From positions 38,171 through 102,170 of the forward strand of contig JBBQXJ010000003.1 of the NCBI GenBank assembly GCA_038209745.1: a stretch of DNA of 64,000 nt, written 5' to 3'. Under the pieces are notes generated by a model. It saw nothing but the letters and a program-made list of their open reading frames with translations, searched no databases and was not told the origin of the DNA. Positions 1 to 8,652 of this stretch are shown here, piece by piece. This DNA is from Verrucomicrobiota bacterium. GTDB taxonomy: Bacteria > Verrucomicrobiota > Verrucomicrobiia > Limisphaerales > CANJSG01. The position numbers and the translations under genes were made by a program. Each line of letters begins with the position of its first letter. The first letter of the stretch is position 1.

Positions 1-1
1 T

Positions 2-790
2 TGGCCGATGCAGCGCTTGGCGGAGCTGTTGCCGGGCCTGGCGGAGGCGGACCGGGCGGTGGCGTCGTTGCAGGCGCGGTTTTTGGGGCTGGCGGGATTG
101 CTGCCGCATGAACTGCCGGCGAATTCGCTCAGGGAAGCACGGCCGTTTTGGGACACGTGGTGGCGCGAGCGGGATCGATGGCGCGAGAACGTCTTGCCGC
201 CGGTGGTGTGGCGCATGCACGGGCTCCGGCCGGCGAACCAGCCGCAGCGGAGACTGGCCTTGGCGGCGCATTGGCTCGCGCGGCCGAAATTCGTCGCGGA
301 TCTCGAGGAATGGTTTCTCGGTTCAGGCAAACCGTCGGCGTTGCTGCAGGTGCTCCAAGGGGGAGAAGACGATTTCTGGGAGCGGCACTGGACCCTACGG
401 AGCGTGCGGATGGCGAAGCCGCAGCCGCTGCTGGGCGGAGCACGGGCCACGGATCTGGCGATCAACGTGGTCCTGCCGTGGTTCCGCGCGCGGGCGGAAG
501 CGGGCGGCAACGCCGGCCTGGTGACTCGGGCGGACGCGCTTTTCCAACGATGGCCGGCGGGCGAGGACAACTCGAAGCTGAAGCAGGCGCGGGTGCGGCT
601 GTTGGGCGGCGCGCGGCGCGACCTGAAGGCGACCGCCGCCTTGCAGCAGGGATTGCTCCAGATTCTACAGGACTTCTGCGGGCGGGCGGACGCGCTCTGT
701 TCCGGATGCCGGTTCCCGGACCTGGTGCGGGGCCTCAGCCCGGGCCCCGGGCCAGCAGTTGCCGACGGGCGGACTGGAGGCGATGGATGA
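2..790 (+). CDS. DUF2851 family protein, C-terminal part (frame open to window edge)
   Basis: 260-aa high-GC3 ORF. WWRERDRW, NVVLPWF and a C-terminal CSGCRF cysteine pair resemble DUF2851 proteins. There is no stop between nt 2 and the listed ATG at 8. Confidence 0.65.
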   Translation, partial: WPMQRLAELLPGLAEADRAVASLQARFLGLAGLLPHELPANSLREARPFWDTWWRERDRWRENVLPPVVWRMHGLRPANQPQRRLALAAHWLARPKFVADLEEWFLGSGKPSALLQVLQGGEDDFWERHWTLRSVRMAKPQPLLGGARATDLAINVVLPWFRARAEAGGNAGLVTRADALFQRWPAGEDNSKLKQARVRLLGGARRDLKATAALQQGLLQILQDFCGRADALCSGCRFPDLVRGLSPGPGPAVADGRTGGDG

Positions 791-1214
791 TGACGGTGCT
801 CATGCGCAGGAGCAGTTCGTAGCCGAGGTCGTGGTTGACCTCGCACTCTTCGCGGAGGCGGGTTCCGTAGAAGAAGATCGCCTCGACCGGCTCGACGGCC
901 CGGGCGTCGAAGTTCCAGTAGTAGGGAGGGAAGAGCCAGGACCAGCCGAGCACGTCGCCGGGGCCGATGGTCTGCAGGATCGTTTCGGGGCCGTCGACGT
1001 TCGACGAGGACAGGGTCACCTGGCCGGAGAGGATGAGATAGAAGCGGTTGGCGGGATCGCCTTCGCGGAAGATGGCTTCTCCGGTGCCGAACGAGGCCTT
1101 CATGGCGTAGGCGCCGAGCGTGTCGAGCATCGCCGGCGACAGGTCCCGCAGAAGGGGGTGGGTGGCGATGGCCTTGCGGAGCTCGGATTCTCCGGCGGGT
1201 GGGGTCGAGTTCAT
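735..1214 (-). CDS. stand-alone cyclic-nucleotide-binding domain protein
   Basis: 159 aa from the ATG at 1212-1214. FREGDPANRFYLILSGQV and GPGDVLGWSW fit the Crp-type cNMP-binding beta-barrel. No HTH or other output domain follows. Confidence 0.8.
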   Translation of the reverse strand: MNSTPPAGESELRKAIATHPLLRDLSPAMLDTLGAYAMKASFGTGEAIFREGDPANRFYLILSGQVTLSSSNVDGPETILQTIGPGDVLGWSWLFPPYYWNFDARAVEPVEAIFFYGTRLREECEVNHDLGYELLLRMSTVIIHRLQSARRQLLARGPG

Positions 1215-1255
1215 GGTGTGGCTTGAGTTGAGTCTGTTCCGGAAGCAGGAGTCGT

Positions 1256-2146
1256 TCAGAAAACCTCGGCCTTCAAGTCCGAGATCCGTCGCACGGTCCG
1301 GGCGATGTCGGAGAGGACCTTGAGCGGTAGATGGCCGATAGCGGGATTGTTCGTCGGCCGGGTAGCCGAATAGATCTGGACGGAGCGGATCTGGGCGCCG
1401 TGTTTGCGGAGGCTGCGAAGACGCTCGGCATAGGCGGCGATCTCGTCCGGCGTCGGACCTTGGCCATGGAGACTCGCGAAGAGGCTTTGGATGGTCACTG
1501 GGCGCCGCCGCGCCAGGGTGAGGATGTTGCCGAGCGCGGCTTCCAGCGTGGTGGTCTCCGGGTGGTTGATCTGGTCCATGTAGGGCTGGGTGCCGGCGTC
1601 GAGCTTGACCCAGATCTCGTCGCGGGAGGTCAGCAGGGAGAGGCCGCGCTCCACCTCCGGGTGGTCGAGGCGGGAACCGTTCGTCACGAGCACCAGCTTG
1701 AAGAATCCCTCGGGTCGACAGGCCCGGACGTGGACGACGGTCTCGATCGCCTCGGCGAACCGTTCGGACAGGGTCGGTTCTCCGTCGCCGCTGATGGCGA
1801 CGTGGCGGAGCTCCAGCAGACTGCCCGGCAGGCTGTCGTAGGGCGGGCGTCGGCCGAGCTCGCCGGTGTGGACCCGGGAGAGCATCGCGTTGAGCTCGGC
1901 GGCAAGCGTGGCGAGATCGAGCGGGTCGGTGTGCCGGGGATGGAGGCGGTCCACCTCGCAGTAGGCGCAGTCGAAGTTGCAGCGGGCGTCGGGCGTGAGA
2001 TCCACGCCGACCGAGAGACCTCGGGCACGGGGCGAAACGACGGTGTAGACGAAGCGGTTCCGGAAGAAGTTCCGGAGGCAACCGCCGGACGTGCAGGGTC
2101 CGGCGAGAACCCGGGTGCCGGCCGGGGGCGGTGTCTCGATGGACAT
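1256..2146 (-). CDS. radical SAM protein (single CX3CX2C cluster)
   Basis: 296 aa from the ATG at 2144-2146. The CNFDCAYC motif is near the N-terminus and a GDGEPTL glycine-rich SAM motif follows. Confidence 0.85.
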   Translation of the reverse strand: MSIETPPPAGTRVLAGPCTSGGCLRNFFRNRFVYTVVSPRARGLSVGVDLTPDARCNFDCAYCEVDRLHPRHTDPLDLATLAAELNAMLSRVHTGELGRRPPYDSLPGSLLELRHVAISGDGEPTLSERFAEAIETVVHVRACRPEGFFKLVLVTNGSRLDHPEVERGLSLLTSRDEIWVKLDAGTQPYMDQINHPETTTLEAALGNILTLARRRPVTIQSLFASLHGQGPTPDEIAAYAERLRSLRKHGAQIRSVQIYSATRPTNNPAIGHLPLKVLSDIARTVRRISDLKAEVF

Positions 2147-2160
2147 CGGGATCACAGGCG

Positions 2161-2715
2161 TCAGGCCTTCTTGACGGGCTTCTTGGGCTCGACGCTGCGA
2201 AGCACCAGCACGGGACAGGGCGCGTAGCGCACGACATTCTCCGCCGTGCTGCCGAGGAGGACGTGTTTCAACCCGGTATAGCCGTGGGTGGAGATGACGA
2301 TGAGGTCCGTCTTCTCCGCAGCGGCCACGTCCGCGATGACCCGCGAGGATCGTCCGGAGCGGACCATGTATTTGGCGGAGACTCCTTCGGCTTGGGAGGA
2401 CTGGGCCATCTGTTCGAGCCGCTGTTCCGCGCCGGCCAGGAGGTCGCGTTCCAGCGCGGCCTGGTCGAAGACCGCGACGTCCGCATAGGCGTAGTTGATC
2501 TCGACGACGTGGAGCAGGATCACGGATCCGCCGGCCTGTTTCGCCAAGGCCGTGGCCTGGGCGACGGCCCGGGCGGAATTCTCCGAAAAATCGACGGGAA
2601 CGAGGAAGCGGCGCATGGCCAGCGGGGGAGTGACTGCCTGGGCGAGGATCGGGGCGTCGGAACGGCCCTTTTCCATCGCTGCTTTGCCGCGTTTTTTGGA
2701 GGATTTCACATTCAT
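2161..2715 (-). CDS. universal stress protein (UspA family)
   Basis: 184 aa. VPVDFSENS, STHGYTGLKHVLLGSTAENVVRYAPCPVLV is the typical Usp ATP-binding C-terminus. The start could instead be one of the internal Met codons. Confidence 0.8.
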   Translation of the reverse strand: MNVKSSKKRGKAAMEKGRSDAPILAQAVTPPLAMRRFLVPVDFSENSARAVAQATALAKQAGGSVILLHVVEINYAYADVAVFDQAALERDLLAGAEQRLEQMAQSSQAEGVSAKYMVRSGRSSRVIADVAAAEKTDLIVISTHGYTGLKHVLLGSTAENVVRYAPCPVLVLRSVEPKKPVKKA

Positions 2716-2893
2716 GGTTGGGTGGCCGCCGGGCGACCGGCGATCGGGGTTTGGAGTTGTCGCTGTTGCAATCGACACCCAAAGCGCCAGTCCGGCCACA
2801 CCCTCGTTGCGGTTGATGCACCGGATTTGGCGTTCGACGTGGAATGCGGGGCAGTGGATCGGAGGCATTGAGTTCGCTTGGTTTCCCGACAGG

Positions 2894-3283
2894 ATGCAGC
2901 GCGTGACGAGGCGAAGGTGGATCATCGGAGGCCGGGTGGCGTTGCTCTGTCTGATCGGAGCCGTGGTTGGGACGTGGCTGTCGACGCGGGGGCCGGTGTT
3001 TCGAGGGAAGACCGAGAGCGAGTGGGTCGCCGAGATCCGCAACGGCAGCCAGGGACCGATCACTCCAGACACCGATCCGATCCGGGATCGGTTCGGCGAG
3101 ATGGGGACCGAGGTCGTCCTGTTTCTGGGAAAGGCGCTGGTCCCAAGCGAACCAAGTCGTCCGGGTGCTGATGAACTTGCTTCATCCCTACACCGGTCCG
3201 AGCGAAGCGGCGGCGCAGAAGGCTTTGGAGAAGCTCGAGTCGGAGTAGCGGCGGACGCCGGGTTGGGGATCTACAGGCTTTAG
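2894..3283 (+). CDS. hypothetical membrane-anchored protein (possibly frameshifted)
   Basis: ATG at 2894 followed by a TM-like segment (WIIGGRVALLCLIGAVVGTWL) and GKTESEWVAEI. A more protein-like tail (LMNLLHPYTGPSEAAAQKALEKLESE) lies in another frame, ending at 3248. Confidence 0.3.
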   Translation: MQRVTRRRWIIGGRVALLCLIGAVVGTWLSTRGPVFRGKTESEWVAEIRNGSQGPITPDTDPIRDRFGEMGTEVVLFLGKALVPSEPSRPGADELASSLHRSERSGGAEGFGEARVGVAADAGLGIYRL

Positions 3284-3333
3284 GCCCCGCAGGGCCGTCG
3301 CATCAAAAATGGCTTCGTCAGCGAGCCGTCGCC

Positions 3334-3633
3334 TTATCGCCCGTTGATCAGCGTCAGGAGTCCGGGGAAGTGCGCTTCCAGCTCTGCCGTGCGGATGGAC
3401 GACAGGCACTTGGTGCCTTCCATGTTGGTGTCGATCAGGCCGGCGGCGCGCAGCACTTCGAAGTGGTGGGAAAGGGTGGCTTTGCTCACATCCAGCGTCA
3501 CCTCGTTGCAGGCGAGCGGGCGCTCGGCCTGCAAGAGTTCCTGCACGATCGTGAGCCGGCCGGGATCGGACAACGCCTGCATGACCGTCGGCAGCGAGAC
3601 GTCTTCCATCGCGGGATGGGAGTAGGTTTTCAA
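3334..3633 (-). CDS. ArsR/SmtB family transcriptional regulator
   Basis: 99 aa. LSDPGRLTIVQELL and SKATLSHHFEVLRAAGLI form a winged-HTH signature. Confidence 0.9.
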   Translation of the reverse strand: MKTYSHPAMEDVSLPTVMQALSDPGRLTIVQELLQAERPLACNEVTLDVSKATLSHHFEVLRAAGLIDTNMEGTKCLSSIRTAELEAHFPGLLTLINGR

Positions 3634-3663
3634 GTCGCGGTCACGGTGTCATTGGATGTATAG

Positions 3664-3729
3664 TTCGACAATGATCGAATTATGTTTTGACGCCGTTGCC
3701 GAGGTGCGTTAGTTCGATGTGTATCGAAC
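3664..3729. promoter_or_regulatory. two TTCGA-N6-TCGAA palindromes in the ArsR/OYE divergent promoter (candidate operators)
   Basis: Site 1 is TTCGA(3664-3668)-caatga-TCGAA(3675-3679). Site 2 is GTTCGA(3712-3717)-tgtgta-TCGAAC(3724-3729). Their centres are about 49 bp apart. Confidence 0.5.
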
Positions 3730-3818
3730 AAGAGCCGGGTCGGGTGAAGTTCGGTCCCCGGGGAATCCCGGGCAACTGGCCGCCGACCCGGTCGACGTCG
3801 AACACCACGTTTCACTTT

Positions 3819-4883
3819 ATGCCTACCCTCTTTGATCCCGTCCGTATCGGTGCCTGGAACTTGCCCAACCGCTTCGTCATGGCCCCGCTCACCCGCACCC
3901 GCGCCGGTGATGAACGCATTCCCAACGCGCTCATGGCCGAATACTACCGGCAGCGCGCTTCCGCCGGATTGATCCTCTCCGAGGCCACATCCGTGACGGC
4001 GATGGGCGTGGGCTATCCGAGGACGCCGGGCATCTGGTCGGAGGAGCAAGTGGCCGGTTGGAAGCTGGTAACCAGCGCGGTGCATCAAGCGGGCGGACGG
4101 ATTCTTCTTCAGCTTTGGCACGTGGGCCGCATGTCGGATCCGATCTACTTGAACGGCGCCTTGCCCGTCGCTCCGAGCGCCGTCGCGCCGAAGGGCCACG
4201 TCAGTCTCGTGCGGCCGGAGAAGTCATTCGTCACCCCGCGGGCGCTGGAGCGCTCGGAGATTCCCGGAGTCATCGCGGCCTATCGCAAGGGCGCCGAGAA
4301 CGCCCAGCGCGCTGGATTTGACGGCGTAGAACTGCACGGTGCCAATGGCTACCTCCTCGACCAGTTCCTCCAGGACAAGACCAATCTCCGCACGGACGAC
4401 TACGGTGGCCCGATCGAGAACCGCGCCCGGCTGATGCTGGAAGCGGCCGACGCCGCGATCTCCGTTTGGGGCGCGGATCGAGTGGGGATGCACCTCGCGC
4501 CGCGCGGCGATGCGCACGACATGGGCGACTCGGATCCGGCTGCGACCTTCGGCTACGTGGCGAGAGAACTGGGCCGGCGCAAGCTCGCCTTCCTCTGTGC
4601 CCGCGAAGCACTCGGAGACAACCGTCTCGGACCCGGGTTGAAAGCGGCGTTCGGCGGAGCCTACATCGCCAACGAGCGGTTCACGCAGGAGACGGCCAAC
4701 CAGGTGATCGCCGCCGGTGAAGCGGACGCCGTGGCCTTCGGCATCCCGTTCATCGCGAACCCCGATCTGCCCGAGCGGTTCCGTCAGAACGCGCCGCTCA
4801 ATGAACCCGACCGCACGACGTTCTATGCTCCGGACGCGAAGGGCTACACGGACTATCCGGCGCTGAGCCTGGTCAACGCGTGA
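3819..4883 (+). CDS. Old Yellow Enzyme family NADH:flavin oxidoreductase (alkene / N-ethylmaleimide reductase-like)
   Basis: 354 aa from the ATG at 3819. Motifs [33 protein letters not shown] and [13 protein letters not shown]. Confidence 0.9.
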   Translation: MPTLFDPVRIGAWNLPNRFVMAPLTRTRAGDERIPNALMAEYYRQRASAGLILSEATSVTAMGVGYPRTPGIWSEEQVAGWKLVTSAVHQAGGRILLQLWHVGRMSDPIYLNGALPVAPSAVAPKGHVSLVRPEKSFVTPRALERSEIPGVIAAYRKGAENAQRAGFDGVELHGANGYLLDQFLQDKTNLRTDDYGGPIENRARLMLEAADAAISVWGADRVGMHLAPRGDAHDMGDSDPAATFGYVARELGRRKLAFLCAREALGDNRLGPGLKAAFGGAYIANERFTQETANQVIAAGEADAVAFGIPFIANPDLPERFRQNAPLNEPDRTTFYAPDAKGYTDYPALSLVNA

Positions 4884-4897
4884 ATCCTCCGCGCTCC

Positions 4898-5905
4898 ATG
4901 ACGCTGTCCGTCCTTGATCTCGCCTCGGTCCGCGAAGGAGGAACGATCGGTGAAAGCTTCGAGCGGACGGTGGCCTTGGCGCGGCAGGTGGAGGCGCTCG
5001 GGTTTCGCCGATTCTGGCTGGCGGAACACCACAACATGCCGGGCATCGCCAGCGCGGCGACGTCGGTCCTCATCGGCCACGTCGCCGGGGCGACCAAGAC
5101 CCTGCGGGTCGGCTCCGGTGGCATCATGTTGCCGAACCACGCGCCATTGGTGGTGGCCGAACACTTCGGCACGCTGGAGGCGTTGTATCCGGGGCGGATC
5201 GATTTGGGACTGGGCCGTGCGCCGGGCTCGGATCCCCTGGCGGCGCACGCGCTGGGACGGAACGCGTCGGCGGGCGACCGGTTTCCGGAACAGGTCCAGC
5301 AGCTCCTCCGGTTCCTCGGTCCAGTGGAGGCCGGTCAGCGTGTCCAAGCGGTGCCCGGCGCCGGCTCGAACGTTCCGGTCTGGCTGCTCGGTTCCAGCAC
5401 CTTCAGCGCGCATCTGGCCGGCACGCTGGGATTGCCCTTCGCCTTTGCCGCGCAGTTCGCTCCCCGGTTTCTGCACGAGGCGCTCGACGTCTATCGCGAA
5501 CAGTTCCGGCCGTCGGCTGCCTTGGACAAACCCTATGCGATGGTCGGCCTGCCGGTGATCGCCGCGCCGACGGACGAGGAAGCGCACTACATGGCGACCT
5601 CCGCCTTTCAACGCGTGCTGCGGTTGCGCCGTGGCCAGCCCATCTACGTGCCGCCGCCCGTCGAGACGATGGACGGTTTGTGGAACGAAATGGAGCGGGC
5701 CATGGTGGAAGAACACTTCGGCGCCGCGATCATCGGTGGACCGGAAACGGTCGGGATCCGACTGAAGGCCCTCCAGAAGGAAACCGGTGCCGATGAACTG
5801 ATGCTGCACTCCGAGTTTTACCGGCACGAAGACCGGTTGCGTTCCTACGGGATCGTGGCGGACCTTCTCCTGAAACAACCGGGCCCCACGCCCATCACTC
5901 CCTAG
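4898..5905 (+). CDS. LLM-class (luciferase-like) flavin-dependent oxidoreductase
   Basis: MTLSVLDL start, then [16 protein letters not shown] and [13 protein letters not shown]. An alternative GTG at 4880 overlaps the upstream stop (GTGA). Confidence 0.85.
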   Translation: MTLSVLDLASVREGGTIGESFERTVALARQVEALGFRRFWLAEHHNMPGIASAATSVLIGHVAGATKTLRVGSGGIMLPNHAPLVVAEHFGTLEALYPGRIDLGLGRAPGSDPLAAHALGRNASAGDRFPEQVQQLLRFLGPVEAGQRVQAVPGAGSNVPVWLLGSSTFSAHLAGTLGLPFAFAAQFAPRFLHEALDVYREQFRPSAALDKPYAMVGLPVIAAPTDEEAHYMATSAFQRVLRLRRGQPIYVPPPVETMDGLWNEMERAMVEEHFGAAIIGGPETVGIRLKALQKETGADELMLHSEFYRHEDRLRSYGIVADLLLKQPGPTPITP

Positions 5906-5912
5906 ACAGACC

Positions 5913-6944
5913 ATGGAATACAGACAACTGGGCGGATCCGGCTTGAAGGTGCCGGTCCTGACATACGGCACCGGCACGTTCGGCGGCGGCAACGAGTTCT
6001 TCAAAGCCTTCGGCACGAGCGGCGCCGCCGAAGCCACGCGGCTGGTGGACATCTGCCTCGAAGCGGGCGTCACGATGTTCGACAGTGCTGACGTGTATTC
6101 GGGGGGCATGGCGGAGGAAATCCTGGGCCAGGCCATCAAGGGCCGCCGCGACCACGTGCTCGTTTCCACCAAGGGCACTTTCCGAATGGGCGACGGGCCG
6201 AACGACGTCGGCTCCTCGCGGTTCCATATTGTCCGGGCAGTGGAGGCCAGCCTGCGCCGGCTCGGCACGGACCACGTCGATCTTTATCAGCTCCACGGCT
6301 TCGACGCGTTGACACCGGTTGAGGAGGTGTTGTCCGCGCTCAACGACCTCGTGCGCGCCGGCAAGATCCGCTATGTCGGCTGCTCGAACTTCTCCGGCTG
6401 GCATCTGATGAAGTCGCTCTCCGTCTCCGAGCGCTACGGCTGGTCGCGCTACGTCGCCCACCAGGCCTATTACTCGCTCGTCGGCCGCGACTACGAATGG
6501 GAGCTGATGCCGCTGGGGCTCGATCAGAAAGTCGGCGCCGTCGTCTGGAGCCCGCTCGGTTGGGCCCGGTTGACCGGCAAGATCCGCCGCAGCCAGCCCC
6601 TGCCGGAGACCAGCCGCTTGCACACCGCCGTCACCAAGGACGCCGGCCCGCCCGTGGATGAGGAATACCTTTACCGTGTGGTCGATGTGCTCGATGCCAT
6701 CTCGGTCGAGACCGGCAAGACCGTGCCGCAGATCGCGCTGAACTGGGTGGTCGGTCGGCCCAGCGTGTCCACCGTCATTGTCGGTGCGCGCAATGAAACG
6801 CAGCTTCGCCAGAATCTCGGCGCCGTCGGTTGGAGCCTGACGCCCGAACAGGTGAAGCGCTTGGACGAAGCCAGTGCCACCAAGCTGCCGTATCCCTACT
6901 TCCATCAGCACGGCTTCGAGCGGAACCCACCACCGGTCGCCTGA
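5913..6944 (+). CDS. aldo/keto reductase
   Basis: 343 aa. MEYRQLGGSGLKVPVLTYGT, FDSADVYSGG, DLYQLHGFD, IRYVGCSNF. Confidence 0.9.
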   Translation: MEYRQLGGSGLKVPVLTYGTGTFGGGNEFFKAFGTSGAAEATRLVDICLEAGVTMFDSADVYSGGMAEEILGQAIKGRRDHVLVSTKGTFRMGDGPNDVGSSRFHIVRAVEASLRRLGTDHVDLYQLHGFDALTPVEEVLSALNDLVRAGKIRYVGCSNFSGWHLMKSLSVSERYGWSRYVAHQAYYSLVGRDYEWELMPLGLDQKVGAVVWSPLGWARLTGKIRRSQPLPETSRLHTAVTKDAGPPVDEEYLYRVVDVLDAISVETGKTVPQIALNWVVGRPSVSTVIVGARNETQLRQNLGAVGWSLTPEQVKRLDEASATKLPYPYFHQHGFERNPPPVA

Positions 6945-6999
6945 TCCACCGCAGCCGCCGAGGTGACGAGGCGGACTTGTCCGAAGACTCCATACTCCC

Positions 7000-7455
7000 A
7001 TGCCCAACACCACCTCTCCCGATCTGACCCAACGTCCGCCCCGCAGCATGCGCTGCCGCCTCGGCGGCTTCGCCATCCTCCCGCGGATCCTCGACAAATG
7101 CCGCGCCACCATCGCCGGCAAACACGGCGCCTATCGCTACAATGGTTCCATGGACCAGTATTTCTTCCGCTTCACCGGCATCGATGCCGAGGCGCTGAAG
7201 ACCGAGGTCGCCACCGGCAAGGGCGACGGCGACATCCTCGACTGGATCCAGGCCAACGCGAAGACGCCGCGCGCGCCGTGGGAGATCCAGCAATGGAGCG
7301 ACTACCACGACCGACGCACGCCCGACAGCGACAACGAGACGCTGCTCGAATTCGCGGAGATGGTGGCCAAGTTCAGCAAGACCCGCGAAGACATCCGCAC
7401 CTGGGCCGATCTGCTGGACCTGGACGACCATTGCACGTTTGGCGGACTGGCGTGA
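7000..7455 (+). CDS. DUF5069 domain-containing protein
   Basis: 151 aa. LGGFAILPRILDKCRATIAGKHGAYRYN resembles DUF5069 family members. Confidence 0.7.
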   Translation: MPNTTSPDLTQRPPRSMRCRLGGFAILPRILDKCRATIAGKHGAYRYNGSMDQYFFRFTGIDAEALKTEVATGKGDGDILDWIQANAKTPRAPWEIQQWSDYHDRRTPDSDNETLLEFAEMVAKFSKTREDIRTWADLLDLDDHCTFGGLA

Positions 7456-7543
7456 CCAGGTCCGGCGACCGCAGGGGACGTGCGCGTTCCTCCCCCGTTT
7501 TTGGGTGATGACGGTGGCGGCTTCCGGCTCCAATTTGTGCTAA

Positions 7544-8428
7544 ATGAACCGCCGCCGCTTCCTCCAATCCACCGCCTTGGCCGCCTTGGCCGTATCGACC
7601 GGACGCGGCTTTGCCGCCGAGTCTCCCGCCGGGATCCGCAAGGCGATCATGTATGCGACCGTCGGCGTGAAGGGGTCCGTGCTGGAGAAGCTCCAGATGG
7701 TGAAAGCCTCCGGCTATGAAGGCGTGGAGCTGATGGGCGGGATGGACCGCAACGAATGCGTTGCGGCCCTGAAGGCGACCGGGCTCGGGGCTGCCAGCGT
7801 CTGCTGCCACACGCACTGGGCCAAGCCGTTGTCCTCGGCGAATCCCGAGGACCGAAAGGTCGGCATCGAGGGGCTCAAGTCCACGCTGGTGGACGCCAAG
7901 ACCTACGGGGCGGGATCGGTGTTGTTCGTGCCCGGCGTGGCCCGCGACGGCGTGTCCTACGAGCAGTGCTGGGATCGTTCCATCGCCGGGATCAAGGAGG
8001 CGATTCCCGTGGCGGAAGAGACCGGCGTGGTCATCGCCATCGAGAATGTTTGGAACGATTTCATCACCGACCAGAAGGAAGCGGTCCGCTACCTCGACGC
8101 CATCCACCATCCGCTGGTGAAATGGCATTTCGACGTGGGCAACATCATCCGCTATGGCGATCCGCTCGACTGGATCCACGCGCTGGGACCGCGCATTTCC
8201 CGCGTCCACATCAAAGAATACAGCCGCGATCTGGCCCTGAAGAACGGCGACGTCTGGAAGGGGTTCAACGCGAAGCTCCTGGAAGGCGCGAACAACTGGC
8301 CCGGCATCGTCAAAGCGCTCCGCGAATCCGGATTCTCGTCCTGGGCGATCACGGAGCAGGGCGGCGGCGGTTCGCCGGAAGGGCTGAAAGACCTGGTCGA
8401 CCGCTTGGACAAGATCCTGGCCGGCTGA
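7544..8428 (+). CDS. sugar phosphate isomerase/epimerase (xylose-isomerase-like TIM barrel), Tat signal
   Basis: 294 aa. MNRRRFLQSTALAALA twin-arginine leader, plus IAIENVWN and HFDVGN motifs. Confidence 0.85.
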   Translation: MNRRRFLQSTALAALAVSTGRGFAAESPAGIRKAIMYATVGVKGSVLEKLQMVKASGYEGVELMGGMDRNECVAALKATGLGAASVCCHTHWAKPLSSANPEDRKVGIEGLKSTLVDAKTYGAGSVLFVPGVARDGVSYEQCWDRSIAGIKEAIPVAEETGVVIAIENVWNDFITDQKEAVRYLDAIHHPLVKWHFDVGNIIRYGDPLDWIHALGPRISRVHIKEYSRDLALKNGDVWKGFNAKLLEGANNWPGIVKALRESGFSSWAITEQGGGGSPEGLKDLVDRLDKILAG

Positions 8429-8449
8429 GGCGGAACGATGCAGAAGGTC

Positions 8450-8606
8450 GGAGCGCGGACGGTCACGTCCGCGAGGCCAGCTCGGTTCCTTGACGCAGAT
8501 GGAAGATACGATCCGGCCATCCCAGTCCGGTGCGGTGTCACGGCAATCCATAATCGGGCCGCTCCGCCTTTGAGCGCGGCCTCGCGGACGTGACCGTCCT
8601 CGCTCC
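8450..8606. repeat. 157-bp element bounded by 29-nt inverted repeats (1 mismatch); each arm is itself a hairpin
   Basis: The left arm (8450-8478, ggagcgcggacggtcacgtccgcgaggcc) is the reverse complement of the right arm (8578-8606) with one mismatch. Each arm contains CGCGGACG-N4-CGTCCGCG. Confidence 0.8.
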
Positions 8607-8652
8607 GCCGCAGTTGCCAACGCAATTCCCGCTGTCCTACTGTCTCCGGAAC

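Noticed and set aside
4880-4897. GTG at 4880 as the LLM oxidoreductase start (GTGA overlap with OYE)
   Set aside because: It is not excluded. However, family members typically begin M-x-LSVLDL, which favours the ATG at 4898, so I reported the shorter model.
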